Shown: positions 28,107 to 36,136 of the stretch, piece by piece
How the letters are laid out: the number at the start of each line of letters is the position of its first letter
Position numbering within the stretch: the first letter of the stretch is position 1
From: a virus
Lineage: Duplodnaviria > Caudoviricetes
DNA: 50,206 nt
Virus record (IMG/VR): IMGVR_UViG_3300037483_000264
Coordinates: 1 to 50,206 of that record
Reading direction: 5' to 3' (one strand)
The notes under the pieces: generated by a model
The model's database searches: none
The model's input: only the letters and a program-made list of their open reading frames with translations
What the model was told of the DNA's origin: nothing
Made by a program: the position numbers and the translations under genes

Positions 28107-28723
28107 GGTTCCACCTCAAACCCAACAACCGCGAAGCGTCCGAACGTCGGCCGAAAGTCACCGACGCCGACAAGGCGCCCGGCGCGGTCGAGAACCTCGC
28201 GCAACAGCGTTGCCGGGATGTATTCGGGAGTCAGAACGATCAGCGTCACCGACGCGCGCCAACCGACGCGCAGCGCGGGCCGCGTGCGCGTGATCGCTTG
28301 GCGCTGCACGAGAGCGCGCCGCCGGTCTTCGTAGTCCCATTCCCTGCAGCCGAGGCTGGCGAGGTTCGTCGCGGAGATGATTCCGGCGCGGAAGAGGTCG
28401 CGCGCCGACTTGCGCGGGCTCCGCGGGTCCTGGCTGAACTTGGCGGCTTCGGTGATCGATGCCCGCAGGTACTCACCCGGTAGACAGAGGTTCCCGTCTT
28501 CATCGCGCCAGACGTAGTCTTCGAGGTTGTCTGACTTCTTCGCCGCCGAGTTCTTCGCGGCTTTCGACTTGGCGATGACGGCATCCGTCTGCCAGCGATG
28601 GAAGAGCAGATCCGACTGGCCCTCGATCGTGACCGTGACCGCCCACGGCTGTTCGCTGGAGATGGCCGACTCGGCGCCGTTGCTTGGGTCGCCGACGACT
28701 TTCAGCGCGTTTTTTCCGCTCAC
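28103..28723 (-). CDS. Stand-alone RAMP/Cas7(Csm3)-like RNA-binding protein, 206 aa
   Basis: VTVTIEGQSDLLF first strand; GNLCLPGEYLRASI; RTRP; C-terminal Gly loop AGRLVGVGDFRPTFGRFAV; GGAGG RBS. Confidence 0.75.
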   Translation of the reverse strand: MSGKNALKVVGDPSNGAESAISSEQPWAVTVTIEGQSDLLFHRWQTDAVIAKSKAAKNSAAKKSDNLEDYVWRDEDGNLCLPGEYLRASITEAAKFSQDPRSPRKSARDLFRAGIISATNLASLGCREWDYEDRRRALVQRQAITRTRPALRVGWRASVTLIVLTPEYIPATLLREVLDRAGRLVGVGDFRPTFGRFAVVGFEVEP

Positions 28724-28947
28724 GCCGCCACCCTCCGCGACTCCGAGTAGCGGTTCATGACCTGCGCGGCCAGCGCCTCGATGGAGAGAGGCGGCCGCGG
28801 CTTCGGCGCGGCCTTGGCGGGCGGGGTGGGCCAGGTGGGGGGATCGTGCGGAGCGTCGCTCGGCCGACGTTGGGGGCGGGGCTGCATGGTGGAGAGCCGC
28901 AGGACTCTTGCGGGACCTCCCTGGACTTTGCTACCCTGTTGGAGCAC
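28720..28947 (-). CDS. Small Pro-rich hypothetical protein
   Basis: Stop overlaps the RAMP start (GTGA). Confidence 0.45.
   Translation of the reverse strand: MLQQGSKVQGGPARVLRLSTMQPRPQRRPSDAPHDPPTWPTPPAKAAPKPRPPLSIEALAAQVMNRYSESRRVAA
28908..28937 (+). promoter_or_regulatory. Possible establishment-type promoter pointing back through the CII-like and Cro-like genes
   Basis: TTGCGG-N18-TACCCT with an extended TG, antisense to the early operon. Confidence 0.3.
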
Positions 28948-28996
28948 TTGGTTGCACCTCCGAGCCGGTGGCGTGTCAGGCGCCCCGGCTCTTCTG

Positions 28997-29536
28997 TTAC
29001 CTGGCGAGCGTGGATCGCTGGCCGGTCGCTGCTGCGGCTTCCTTCTCGCGAAGGAGCCGATAGAGCGCGTCGATGGCTTCCTGGATCTCGCGCTTGGACT
29101 TCGCGAGCGCGACTTCCGAGTGGCCCTCGGAGATCGTCTCGAGTGCCACCGCGACCGCTTCGCCGGCTTCGCGCAGGGCCGAGGCTGCGGCGTCGATCAC
29201 GTCGGAGTCGGTCGCGGTGGCCTGCTTGCGCTGCACCAGGTCGAAGCCGAAGCAGTCGGCGAGCGCGGTCAGTGGCGCGAGAGCGTCGACCGCGGCGTGG
29301 TGATGGAGCGCTTCCTCCATCAACTCGCGGAGCGCTTCGACCGGCGAGCGGTTCGGATCGTTCGGGTTGCCCCAGGCTTCGACGAGTCGCTGCGAGAGGT
29401 TCAGGCGCCGCGCGATTTGCGCTGAGCAGCCCCACGTGGCGAGCTGCATCGCGGCCGGCAGCTCGCGGCCCCTGTGCGGGCGCGCTTCGAGGTCGCACTG
29501 GATTCGATGGGCGCGCGCATCTACGGTGCGGTGCAT
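28997..29536 (-). CDS. Phage regulatory CII-like protein
   Basis: HTH (AQIARRLNLSQRLVEAW.NP), then LA..FG, and a helical C-terminus (LREAGEA...REIQEAI); position after the Cro-like genes. Confidence 0.65.
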   Translation of the reverse strand: MHRTVDARAHRIQCDLEARPHRGRELPAAMQLATWGCSAQIARRLNLSQRLVEAWGNPNDPNRSPVEALRELMEEALHHHAAVDALAPLTALADCFGFDLVQRKQATATDSDVIDAAASALREAGEAVAVALETISEGHSEVALAKSKREIQEAIDALYRLLREKEAAAATGQRSTLAR

Positions 29537-29552
29537 GGCCGGGTCCAGGAGG

Positions 29553-29876
29553 TCAGTCCGTCGCCGCCGGCGCGCCCGCCGCTGCAGCTCGTGGCGCCCA
29601 CTCGGATCCGTTCTCGCCGCATGGCTCGACCGGCAACGCGAGAAGCGCGTCTTCGAGCACGGCGAGCGGCCACTTGATCGCCGCGGCGAAGGCCTCGCGA
29701 TGGCCGAGCTCGGGATACTTGGTGCCGCAAATCCAGCGCCGGATACTCGACGCGCTGACGCCAACCCGCGCGCCGACAGCGTCGAGCGACAGGCCGAGAT
29801 CGCGACGCCGCCTCTCGACGCGGCGATTCGCGGCGGGCGATGACATACCGAGCGGCCGTCCGCCGGCGTGGCTCAT
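29553..29876 (-). CDS. XRE-family HTH regulator
   Basis: RRRDLGLSLDAVGARVGVSASSIRRWICG...P. Confidence 0.75.
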   Translation of the reverse strand: MSHAGGRPLGMSSPAANRRVERRRRDLGLSLDAVGARVGVSASSIRRWICGTKYPELGHREAFAAAIKWPLAVLEDALLALPVEPCGENGSEWAPRAAAAGAPAATD

Positions 29877-30256
29877 GCGGCGTCTCCGCCATCGGCCGGG
29901 CGGGAGGGCATGGCGCCGGACAGAGCAAGTTGCGCGGACCCTCCCGCCCGGTACGCAGCGTAACGAAGAAAGTTCAAAGGCTCGGGGTAGGCGCCGGGCT
30001 CGTCGAGGCGAATCGAGCGGAAGCAGAGCCCGAGAGTCGCGAGCACCAGGCGGTCGCGGCAGCCGGCGCAAAGGATCTCGTCGAGATCAGCGCCGTTGGC
30101 GTCCCGATGCGTGGAGCGCAGCCGGCAGGTGGCCTCGCGGGCGTCGCAGGAATGGCAGGCCTCGTGCTGTGTCTCAAAAGAGCCCAGCTCCTCGGAGACC
30201 AGCTCCGCGAGCATCGGGCCTTCACCGGCGCGTCCGTAGAGCGTCAGGGTTCGCAT
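29873..30256 (-). CDS. Hypothetical zinc-binding protein
   Basis: CHSC...LCAGC; GAGG RBS; abuts the Cro-like gene. Confidence 0.55.
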   Translation of the reverse strand: MRTLTLYGRAGEGPMLAELVSEELGSFETQHEACHSCDAREATCRLRSTHRDANGADLDEILCAGCRDRLVLATLGLCFRSIRLDEPGAYPEPLNFLRYAAYRAGGSAQLALSGAMPSRPADGGDAA

Positions 30257-30469
30257 CTACGCCGCCTCTTCCTTGGCGACCCAGGCATCGACTGCGATCC
30301 CGAATCGCCGCTTGGCTTGCAGCGCGAACGCGACGTCCACGCTCTCGACCAGGCCGCGCTCGATGCGCGACAGCTGGGAGCCGGAGATCCCGAGTTCGGC
30401 TGCGGCTTCGTCGAGCGAAAGGCCCATCGCCTCGCGCTTTGCTCTGAGCTGCCCGCCTGTTTCCTTCAT
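30257..30469 (-). CDS. Cro-like XRE HTH protein, first gene of the early operon
   Basis: LRAKREAMGLSLDEAAAELGISGSQLSRIERG; 70 aa. Confidence 0.85.
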   Translation of the reverse strand: MKETGGQLRAKREAMGLSLDEAAAELGISGSQLSRIERGLVESVDVAFALQAKRRFGIAVDAWVAKEEAA

Positions 30470-30477
30470 GATGGCGC

Positions 30478-30506
30478 AGTTTACTCGCAGTCTTGCGCTT
30501 TGTCAA
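30478..30506 (-). promoter_or_regulatory. Sigma70-type early promoter, near-leaderless
   Basis: TTGACA-N17-TAAACT, with the ATG 8 nt downstream of the -10. Confidence 0.85.
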
Positions 30507-30509
30507 TAG

Positions 30510-30692
30510 GCCGAGACGAGAAATCTTCTACTGTTCGCGGCGAAGGGGACGGGCATTGGCGCCGAGCGCGTTCCGTGCCCCTACTGCGCCGAGTTGATCC
30601 TGCCCGAGGCGCGCGTCTGCCCGTTCTGCAAGCTGAAGCTCTCGCCGGTGGTCGCGGCGACGGCGCCGTCACGCCCTAGGGATTCCACCTAG
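30510..30692 (+). pseudogene. 5'-truncated zinc-ribbon gene remnant
   Basis: Frame reads LLLFAAKGTGIGAERVPCPYCAELILPEARVCPFCK; in-frame TAG at 30507 and no ATG or GTG before the motif. Confidence 0.6.
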
Positions 30693-30727
30693 GGTGGGTT
30701 GATTCTCGCGGCCTCGCGGCGCACACT
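30674..30727 (+). promoter_or_regulatory. Leaderless promoter with upstream operator-like palindrome
   Basis: ccctagg-N7-cctaggg at 30674-30694; TTGATT-N17-CACACT; ATG 7 nt later. Confidence 0.55.
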
Positions 30728-30734
30728 CGCGGCC

Positions 30735-31097
30735 ATGAAAAGAACTCGGCTCGTTCTGCTCGCGGTCTTGCTCGCCCTCGTTGCCGCACCTGCGTTAGCT
30801 GATCGGCAGTTCGCTGCCAAGGCAACCGTCAACGGCGTCATCATCGGCGCCCGAGCAATCTGCGGCGATCCCGCGCAGGGCTGCTTCGTGCTGATCGCAA
30901 CCTCGGGCCAGCCGCTGGGCGACATTCCGTCGATCCTGCCCCCGTTCATCGCTGACCTGCCGCCCGGCGCCTGCGTCGTTCCGATCGGCATGGCGGTCAA
31001 GACCGAGGGGCACCTGATCCAGTGGCCGGTGGAGTCGACGTCATGCCTCGCGGGCCAGCTCATCTACGTGGCCGACAGCGTGACCCGGCGCAGGTGA
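30735..31097 (+). CDS. Small secreted protein (moron-like)
   Basis: Signal peptide MKRTRLVLLAVLLALVAAPALA|D; four Cys in the mature part. Confidence 0.75.
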   Translation: MKRTRLVLLAVLLALVAAPALADRQFAAKATVNGVIIGARAICGDPAQGCFVLIATSGQPLGDIPSILPPFIADLPPGACVVPIGMAVKTEGHLIQWPVESTSCLAGQLIYVADSVTRRR

Positions 31098-31289
31098 CGC
31101 CCGCAATCTGTTGGGCTCGCGGAGCCCCTCCGCCACCACCCCTCGCCCCGTTGACTCCCTACTCGGGTTCCGCCTACTCTGCGCCTTTCGACAGGAGACC
31201 ACACCAGCTCGCCACGAGATCCGTAGACCCCAACAGCCGCACAGCGCGGAGGATGAACCCCGCGCTGGTACAGCAAGGGGAGGCGAGCG

Positions 31290-31741
31290 ATGGACGCGGA
31301 GTTGTGGTGCGACGCCAAGCGCAAGGTCCATGCAGCGGTCGAGGTCCACGGTCGGGTGACGCGCTTCGTGATCGAGGCGCGAGACCTGCGCAGCGAGCAG
31401 CGCGAGCAGGCGAGGCAGACGGTTGCGGGCGTCGCGATGTTGCTCTGGGCTCGCCACGAGAAGCGCGGTAGCTCTTGATGCGCCACTCGAAAGGCTCCCA
31501 GTCGCCCGAAGACCAGGCGGCCAGCGACGCAGCGCTGCCGGTCGCTGATCTCACTGAACGAACCGGCCTCGCGATGCCGCTCGCCGGCGACCTCCCGGCT
31601 CGCCTGCGTGTACACGACGTCTACGACGAAGGCGGCCGACTCGCCGGGCTCGAGATCGACGTCGAGCTGATCCGAGAGCGCTCCGTGCCGGCGAAGGTGC
31701 TGACGATGCGGCGCCCAAATCCGAAAGACCGGCGGCGTTGA
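31290..31741 (+). CDS. Two small hypothetical genes (31290-31478, about 31478-31741)
   Basis: GGGGAGG RBS; TGATG coupling. Confidence 0.5.
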
Positions 31742-31766
31742 CGAAGCTCGCCCTATTTCTCTAAGA

Positions 31767-31973
31767 CGGCTCCCTCTCGCCCCTCCGTCCAGCATCCCAG
31801 CCTGCTCCTTGCGGAGAGACCGAGCCCAGCGCTAGATCAGATTCGCAAGTCCACGGCCGCACACAGCTCTTGACGTTCTCGCTGTGCGCGGTCGGCCCGC
31901 CGCGGCGCACTTCGCCGGGGCAGAGCCAACGAACGGATGCTGTCCGGTCGGGGCCGATCGAGTCAGGGAGCCG
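31767..31973. ncRNA. Candidate structured non-coding RNA, about 207 nt
   Basis: Nested long-range pairings cggctccct/agggagccg, gcccc/ggggc and cagcatcc/ggatgctg; internal 12/13-bp hairpin. Confidence 0.45.
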
Positions 31974-32091
31974 AAGCGACTCTCGATCACGATCGCGCAT
32001 TGTACACGCATCCGAAAACGCAAAGGCGTGAAACTCGGCCGGGAGTTTCCGACCCCCCATCGGCTCAGCCTGACGTACCATCGGGCCTGGA

Positions 32092-32394
32092 ATGGCTCGA
32101 TCAGGATGCTCCTGTCGTTGTTGCCCGATCGGGCTGAAGCTCTACTTCGTCTGGGCCAAGGGCACCGCGTTTTTCAAGATCGGGTTCACGAAGCGGTGCG
32201 TTGCCGACCGCGTCGATGAGATCGACAGCTACTCGCCACTCGAGCTGTTGATTGCTGGCGTACGCACCGCCGCGCCGGGTGACGAGCGGCGGATACACGC
32301 GAAGCTCAGAACCTACAGGGTTCGCGGCGAGTGGTTCGAATTGCCGGAGCCGCTTGTCTGGCAGCTACTGAGGCATTTCGGAGCGAGTGCGTGA
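32092..32394 (+). CDS. T5orf172/GIY-YIG-like protein
   Basis: LYFV...FKIGFT...RV..I...SP..L...ERRIH..L..YRVRGEWF; TACCAT just upstream. Confidence 0.8.
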   Translation: MARSGCSCRCCPIGLKLYFVWAKGTAFFKIGFTKRCVADRVDEIDSYSPLELLIAGVRTAAPGDERRIHAKLRTYRVRGEWFELPEPLVWQLLRHFGASA

Positions 32395-32828
32395 AGGCCG
32401 GCCGGAAGAAGGCTCCGCGCGGGACATCTCGCCACGTCGCCAAGTCGAAGGCCCGTCGGCTCTCCGAGCGCGAACGCAGGTTCGTCGAGGCGTACATGGG
32501 GAAGTCGGCCGGGAACGCGACCGATGCGATTCGGCGCGCCGGCTACAAAGGCACGAAGGCCAGCCTCAATACGATGGCCGCCCGGCTGTTGAGGAGAGTG
32601 GAGGTCCTGGCGGCGATCGAGAAGCGCGTGAACGCTGACCCCGCGATAGCTGATCGCGACGAGCGACAACGCTTCTGGTCTGGCGTGCTGCGCGGCAAAC
32701 CGAAGGCGCGGATGGGCGATCGCCTGAAAGCCTCCGAGCTGCTCGGCAAGAGCCAGGCCGACTTTGTCGAGCGGCACGAGCATTCGTTCCCGAAGGTCCA
32801 CAAGCTGAACCTGACGGTGCAGGGATGA
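32391..32828 (+). CDS. terS: Terminase small subunit
   Basis: LSERERRFVEAY...NATDAIRRAGY...AARLL; DRLKASELLGK; overlaps terL. Confidence 0.9.
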   Translation: MKAGRKKAPRGTSRHVAKSKARRLSERERRFVEAYMGKSAGNATDAIRRAGYKGTKASLNTMAARLLRRVEVLAAIEKRVNADPAIADRDERQRFWSGVLRGKPKARMGDRLKASELLGKSQADFVERHEHSFPKVHKLNLTVQG

Positions 32829-34285
32829 TCGCCGCTCAGGTCGAGCCGCAGGAGGTCGAGCTCGATCTGCGGTTACAGCGGCGCCAAGGTGCCGCCCTGC
32901 TGACGAAGGCAACCGAGGTGCTCTACGGGGGCGCCGCTTTCGGCGGCAAGTCGCACCTCCTTCGGGTCGCTGCGATCGTCTGGTGCACGATGATCGCCGG
33001 CCTGCAGGTCTACCTCTTCCGGCGCACCTTCGACGACCTGTACAAGAACCACGTCGAGGGACCGACCGGCTTCCCGGCCATGCTGGCGCCGTGGTTCGAG
33101 ACGGGCGGCGCGCGCTTCATCCCGAGCCACAACCGAATCGAGATTGGGGACTCGCGGATCCACCTCTGCCACTGCGAGCACGAGAACGACGTCTACAAGT
33201 ACCAGGGCGCCGAGATTCATGTACTCATGCCGGACGAGCTGACGCAGTTCACGGATCCGCAGTATCGGTTCCTGCGCAGCCGTGTTCGCATGGTCGGCAT
33301 TGAGTTGCCGACGGAACTGCAAGGCCTCTTCCCGAGGATCCTCGCTCCGTCGAACCCGGGCGGCATCGGTCACAACTGGGTGAGGGCAACATGGGTGGAC
33401 CCGCACCCGCCGATGGAGATCTGGTGCGCTCCGGACGAAGAGGGCGGCATGCTGCGGCAGTTCGTCCCCGCGCTGATGTCCGACAACCCAATCGGGATGG
33501 CCGCCGATCCGTCTTACGCGAAGAGGCTCTCCGGCCTTGGTTCGCCGGAGCTGGTGCGCGCGATGCGCGAGGGCGACTGGAACATCGTCGCCGGCGGTGC
33601 GCTCGACGATCTTTGGGATTCCGAGCGCCATGTCCTGGCGCCCTTTACTATCCCGCGCGACTGGCGCATCGACCGCGCGTTCGACTGGGGCAGCTCGAAG
33701 CCGTTCTCGGTCGGTTGGTTTGCGGAGACGAACGGCGAGGCAGTCGAGATCGCGCCAGGTCAGCGCCTGCACCTGCCGGCGCGCAGCGTGATCCAGATCG
33801 GCGAGCTCTACGGCTGGAACGGCAAGCCGAACGAGGGCTGTCGCAAGGTGGCAACCGAGATCGGTCGCGAGATCCTTGCGGCGGAGAATGAGATGGAGCT
33901 CACGGGACGAGTCGTTCCGGGGCCAGCAGACTCGGCCATCTTCGCCACCGAGAATGGCACCTCGATCGCCGACGACATGGCACGGGTCGGCGTGCGGTGG
34001 GAAGAGAGCGAGAAGGGGCCTGGGAGCCGGAAGACGGGGCTCGAACGGATGCGACGGATGCTTAAGGCGTCGCTCGCGACCCCACGCGAGGAGCCTGGCC
34101 TCTACTTCTTCGACACCTGCCGCCACAGCCTGCGCACGTTGCCGACCCTGCCTCGCGATTCGCGGAAGAGTGACGACGTCGACACCAACGCTGAAGACCA
34201 TGCCTACGACCAGATTCGCTATCGCGTGATGCGCTCACAGAAGACCGGCGGCGCAGTTTCGTCGATCGGCCTCATCGGAGTCTGA
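32825..34285 (+). CDS. terL: Terminase large subunit
   Basis: LYGGAAFGGKS, DELTQF, SNPGG.GH.W, AFDWG, EDHAYD..RY. Confidence 0.95.
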   Translation: MIAAQVEPQEVELDLRLQRRQGAALLTKATEVLYGGAAFGGKSHLLRVAAIVWCTMIAGLQVYLFRRTFDDLYKNHVEGPTGFPAMLAPWFETGGARFIPSHNRIEIGDSRIHLCHCEHENDVYKYQGAEIHVLMPDELTQFTDPQYRFLRSRVRMVGIELPTELQGLFPRILAPSNPGGIGHNWVRATWVDPHPPMEIWCAPDEEGGMLRQFVPALMSDNPIGMAADPSYAKRLSGLGSPELVRAMREGDWNIVAGGALDDLWDSERHVLAPFTIPRDWRIDRAFDWGSSKPFSVGWFAETNGEAVEIAPGQRLHLPARSVIQIGELYGWNGKPNEGCRKVATEIGREILAAENEMELTGRVVPGPADSAIFATENGTSIADDMARVGVRWEESEKGPGSRKTGLERMRRMLKASLATPREEPGLYFFDTCRHSLRTLPTLPRDSRKSDDVDTNAEDHAYDQIRYRVMRSQKTGGAVSSIGLIGV

Positions 34286-34286
34286 A

Positions 34287-35861
34287 ATGTTCAACCCCAA
34301 AGAGCCCGAAGCAAAGCACGCCTGCTACGCGCGCCTCGAGCAGATGCGCCAGCTCCCGGGCGACCTGCTCGGCGGCCTGCCCGCGCTGCTCGAGCGGAAG
34401 GCCACGTACTTCCCGCGGGAGATCGCGGACGGGACGCCGCAGACGGTCAACAGCATCACGGTCGACCCCTACGTCAACCGCATCGGTCGGCTGACCCTGT
34501 TCAACATGTTCAAGGACGGGATCGACAGCCAGCTCGTCGGCCGGGTGTTCTCGCGTCCGGTGAAGTGGACCGACGGGACTCCGCTTTCGATCGTGGGCGA
34601 TCCGGAGCGCGGGAAGGCTGGCTTCGCCGACGACGTCGACGCCAAGGCGACGAACGCGAGCGTCTTCCTCCGCCGGCGCTTCCGCAACGCTTGGGCGAGA
34701 GGCCTGGAGGGCGTGCTGATCGACTATCCGATCACCGCGAATGCCGGGGCCCGCTCCGTCGACGAAGAGCGCGCGCGAGGCCTGCGCCCCTTCTGGCGTC
34801 CCTACACGTCGAGCTCGATCTGGGACTGGGAGTTCTCGCTCATCGACGGCAACGAGCGTCTCGTCTACCTCAAGCTTTCGGACACCTGGACCGACCCCGC
34901 CACCGGCGAGACGATGCCATGTGTCCGGGTGTTCACGGCGGACGGCAGAAGCGTTGTCGCGATCGACGTGTGGGCGAAGCGCGCGAAGGCCTCGGAGACC
35001 GGCTACGAGCATGTGTTCTCCGGGACGCGCTCGCCGCACCTGGAGATCCCCTTCGTCCCGTTCGCCACGGATGGCGACGAGCCGATGGAGGCCGAGCCAG
35101 AGCTGGTCGACGCCGCATGGCTGAACCTCGCGCACTGCCGGAAGACGGGCGCCGTCGACAACAGCCAGCACCAGATCAACTTCCCCATGCTCGCGATCTC
35201 TGGCATGACGCTTCAGGAGGCGAAGGACCAGATCGCGGAGGGCGTCGGCTCGCACCGAGCATGGTTCATCCCGCAGCCGGGTGGCGGTATCACCTACGCG
35301 GAGCCCGCCGGCGCCTCGTGGAGCGCGGCCGAGCAGACGATCGCTGCAATCGAGAGGCGGATCGATCGACTGTTCCAGCGCCAGCTAGAGCGCGACAGCG
35401 CGCAGCCGCTCACGGCGCAGGGCGAGGCGAACTCAGAGGCTGCGCGGCTCTCGCGCTTGGAGTCGTCCGTCCAGGGACTGACGGACTCGACGAACACGCT
35501 CCTGTACTTCACCGCGATCGACCTCGGCGAGATCAAGCCGGGTGCCGAGGGCGGTTGGGGTGGTGCCGACTACAACACGAAGTGGACGGCGGCCATGCGG
35601 GACGTCGAGGTCGTGCGCCTCGCCTACGAGCTCGCCGCCGCCGGTCGCTGGCCCGAGAAGATGGCCTATCAGGTCGCGCAGCGGTACGGAGTTGCGCCGG
35701 ATGAGGTCAGCTTCGAGGAGTTCAAGGCGATGATCCTGGTGGACGCGAGTGCGCCGCCGCGACTGATCCCGAGCCTGGTGCCGATGCCGCAGACGGGGAT
35801 TCAGCCGCCGCCAGCCCGGACGCCCGCAGAGATGTCGCGGCCGCAACAGGAGGGAGCATGA
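34287..35861 (+). CDS. Portal protein (DUF4055-like)
   Basis: 524 aa directly after terL; Y..RI.R..LFN, IPFVPF, L.D.A.LNLAH motifs. Confidence 0.85.
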   Translation: MFNPKEPEAKHACYARLEQMRQLPGDLLGGLPALLERKATYFPREIADGTPQTVNSITVDPYVNRIGRLTLFNMFKDGIDSQLVGRVFSRPVKWTDGTPLSIVGDPERGKAGFADDVDAKATNASVFLRRRFRNAWARGLEGVLIDYPITANAGARSVDEERARGLRPFWRPYTSSSIWDWEFSLIDGNERLVYLKLSDTWTDPATGETMPCVRVFTADGRSVVAIDVWAKRAKASETGYEHVFSGTRSPHLEIPFVPFATDGDEPMEAEPELVDAAWLNLAHCRKTGAVDNSQHQINFPMLAISGMTLQEAKDQIAEGVGSHRAWFIPQPGGGITYAEPAGASWSAAEQTIAAIERRIDRLFQRQLERDSAQPLTAQGEANSEAARLSRLESSVQGLTDSTNTLLYFTAIDLGEIKPGAEGGWGGADYNTKWTAAMRDVEVVRLAYELAAAGRWPEKMAYQVAQRYGVAPDEVSFEEFKAMILVDASAPPRLIPSLVPMPQTGIQPPPARTPAEMSRPQQEGA

Positions 35862-36133
35862 CGACAGATGAAGGAGGGTGGATCTCGATCGAGCGTCGGC
35901 TACCGAGAATCCGGCGCCGGGTACTGCTCTACAGGCTCGCCGATGAGGAGCCGGGCGCGACGATCTTCATCGGCTGGCGCGAGAAGAACGATGAAGATGG
36001 GCAGTCGGTGTGGTCCGACGAAGCGCGTGCGCTTGTCTACTGGCTAGGCGGAGACGTCACCCATTGGTGCCCGTTGCCTGCGCGACCTCGACGGCTGCCC
36101 AATCAACCTTCGCCAAGCGTGTCAGGGGGCTAG
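35858..36133 (+). CDS. DUF551-like small protein
   Basis: WISIERRLP...VTHWCPLP. Confidence 0.75.
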   Translation: MTTDEGGWISIERRLPRIRRRVLLYRLADEEPGATIFIGWREKNDEDGQSVWSDEARALVYWLGGDVTHWCPLPARPRRLPNQPSPSVSGG

Positions 36134-36136
36134 CGC

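Noticed and set aside
25882-28723. Conventional CRISPR-Cas operon
   Set aside because: No cas1, cas2, cas5, cas6 or large subunit is visible; a Cas4-like nuclease with Sak4 and SSB is a common phage recombination module.
28684-30447. 587-aa plus-strand ORF and other long antisense ORFs (e.g. 40841-42871, 32873-34201, 47148-48731)
   Set aside because: Arg/Ala/Pro-rich shadow frames opposite well-supported genes, as expected in high-GC DNA.
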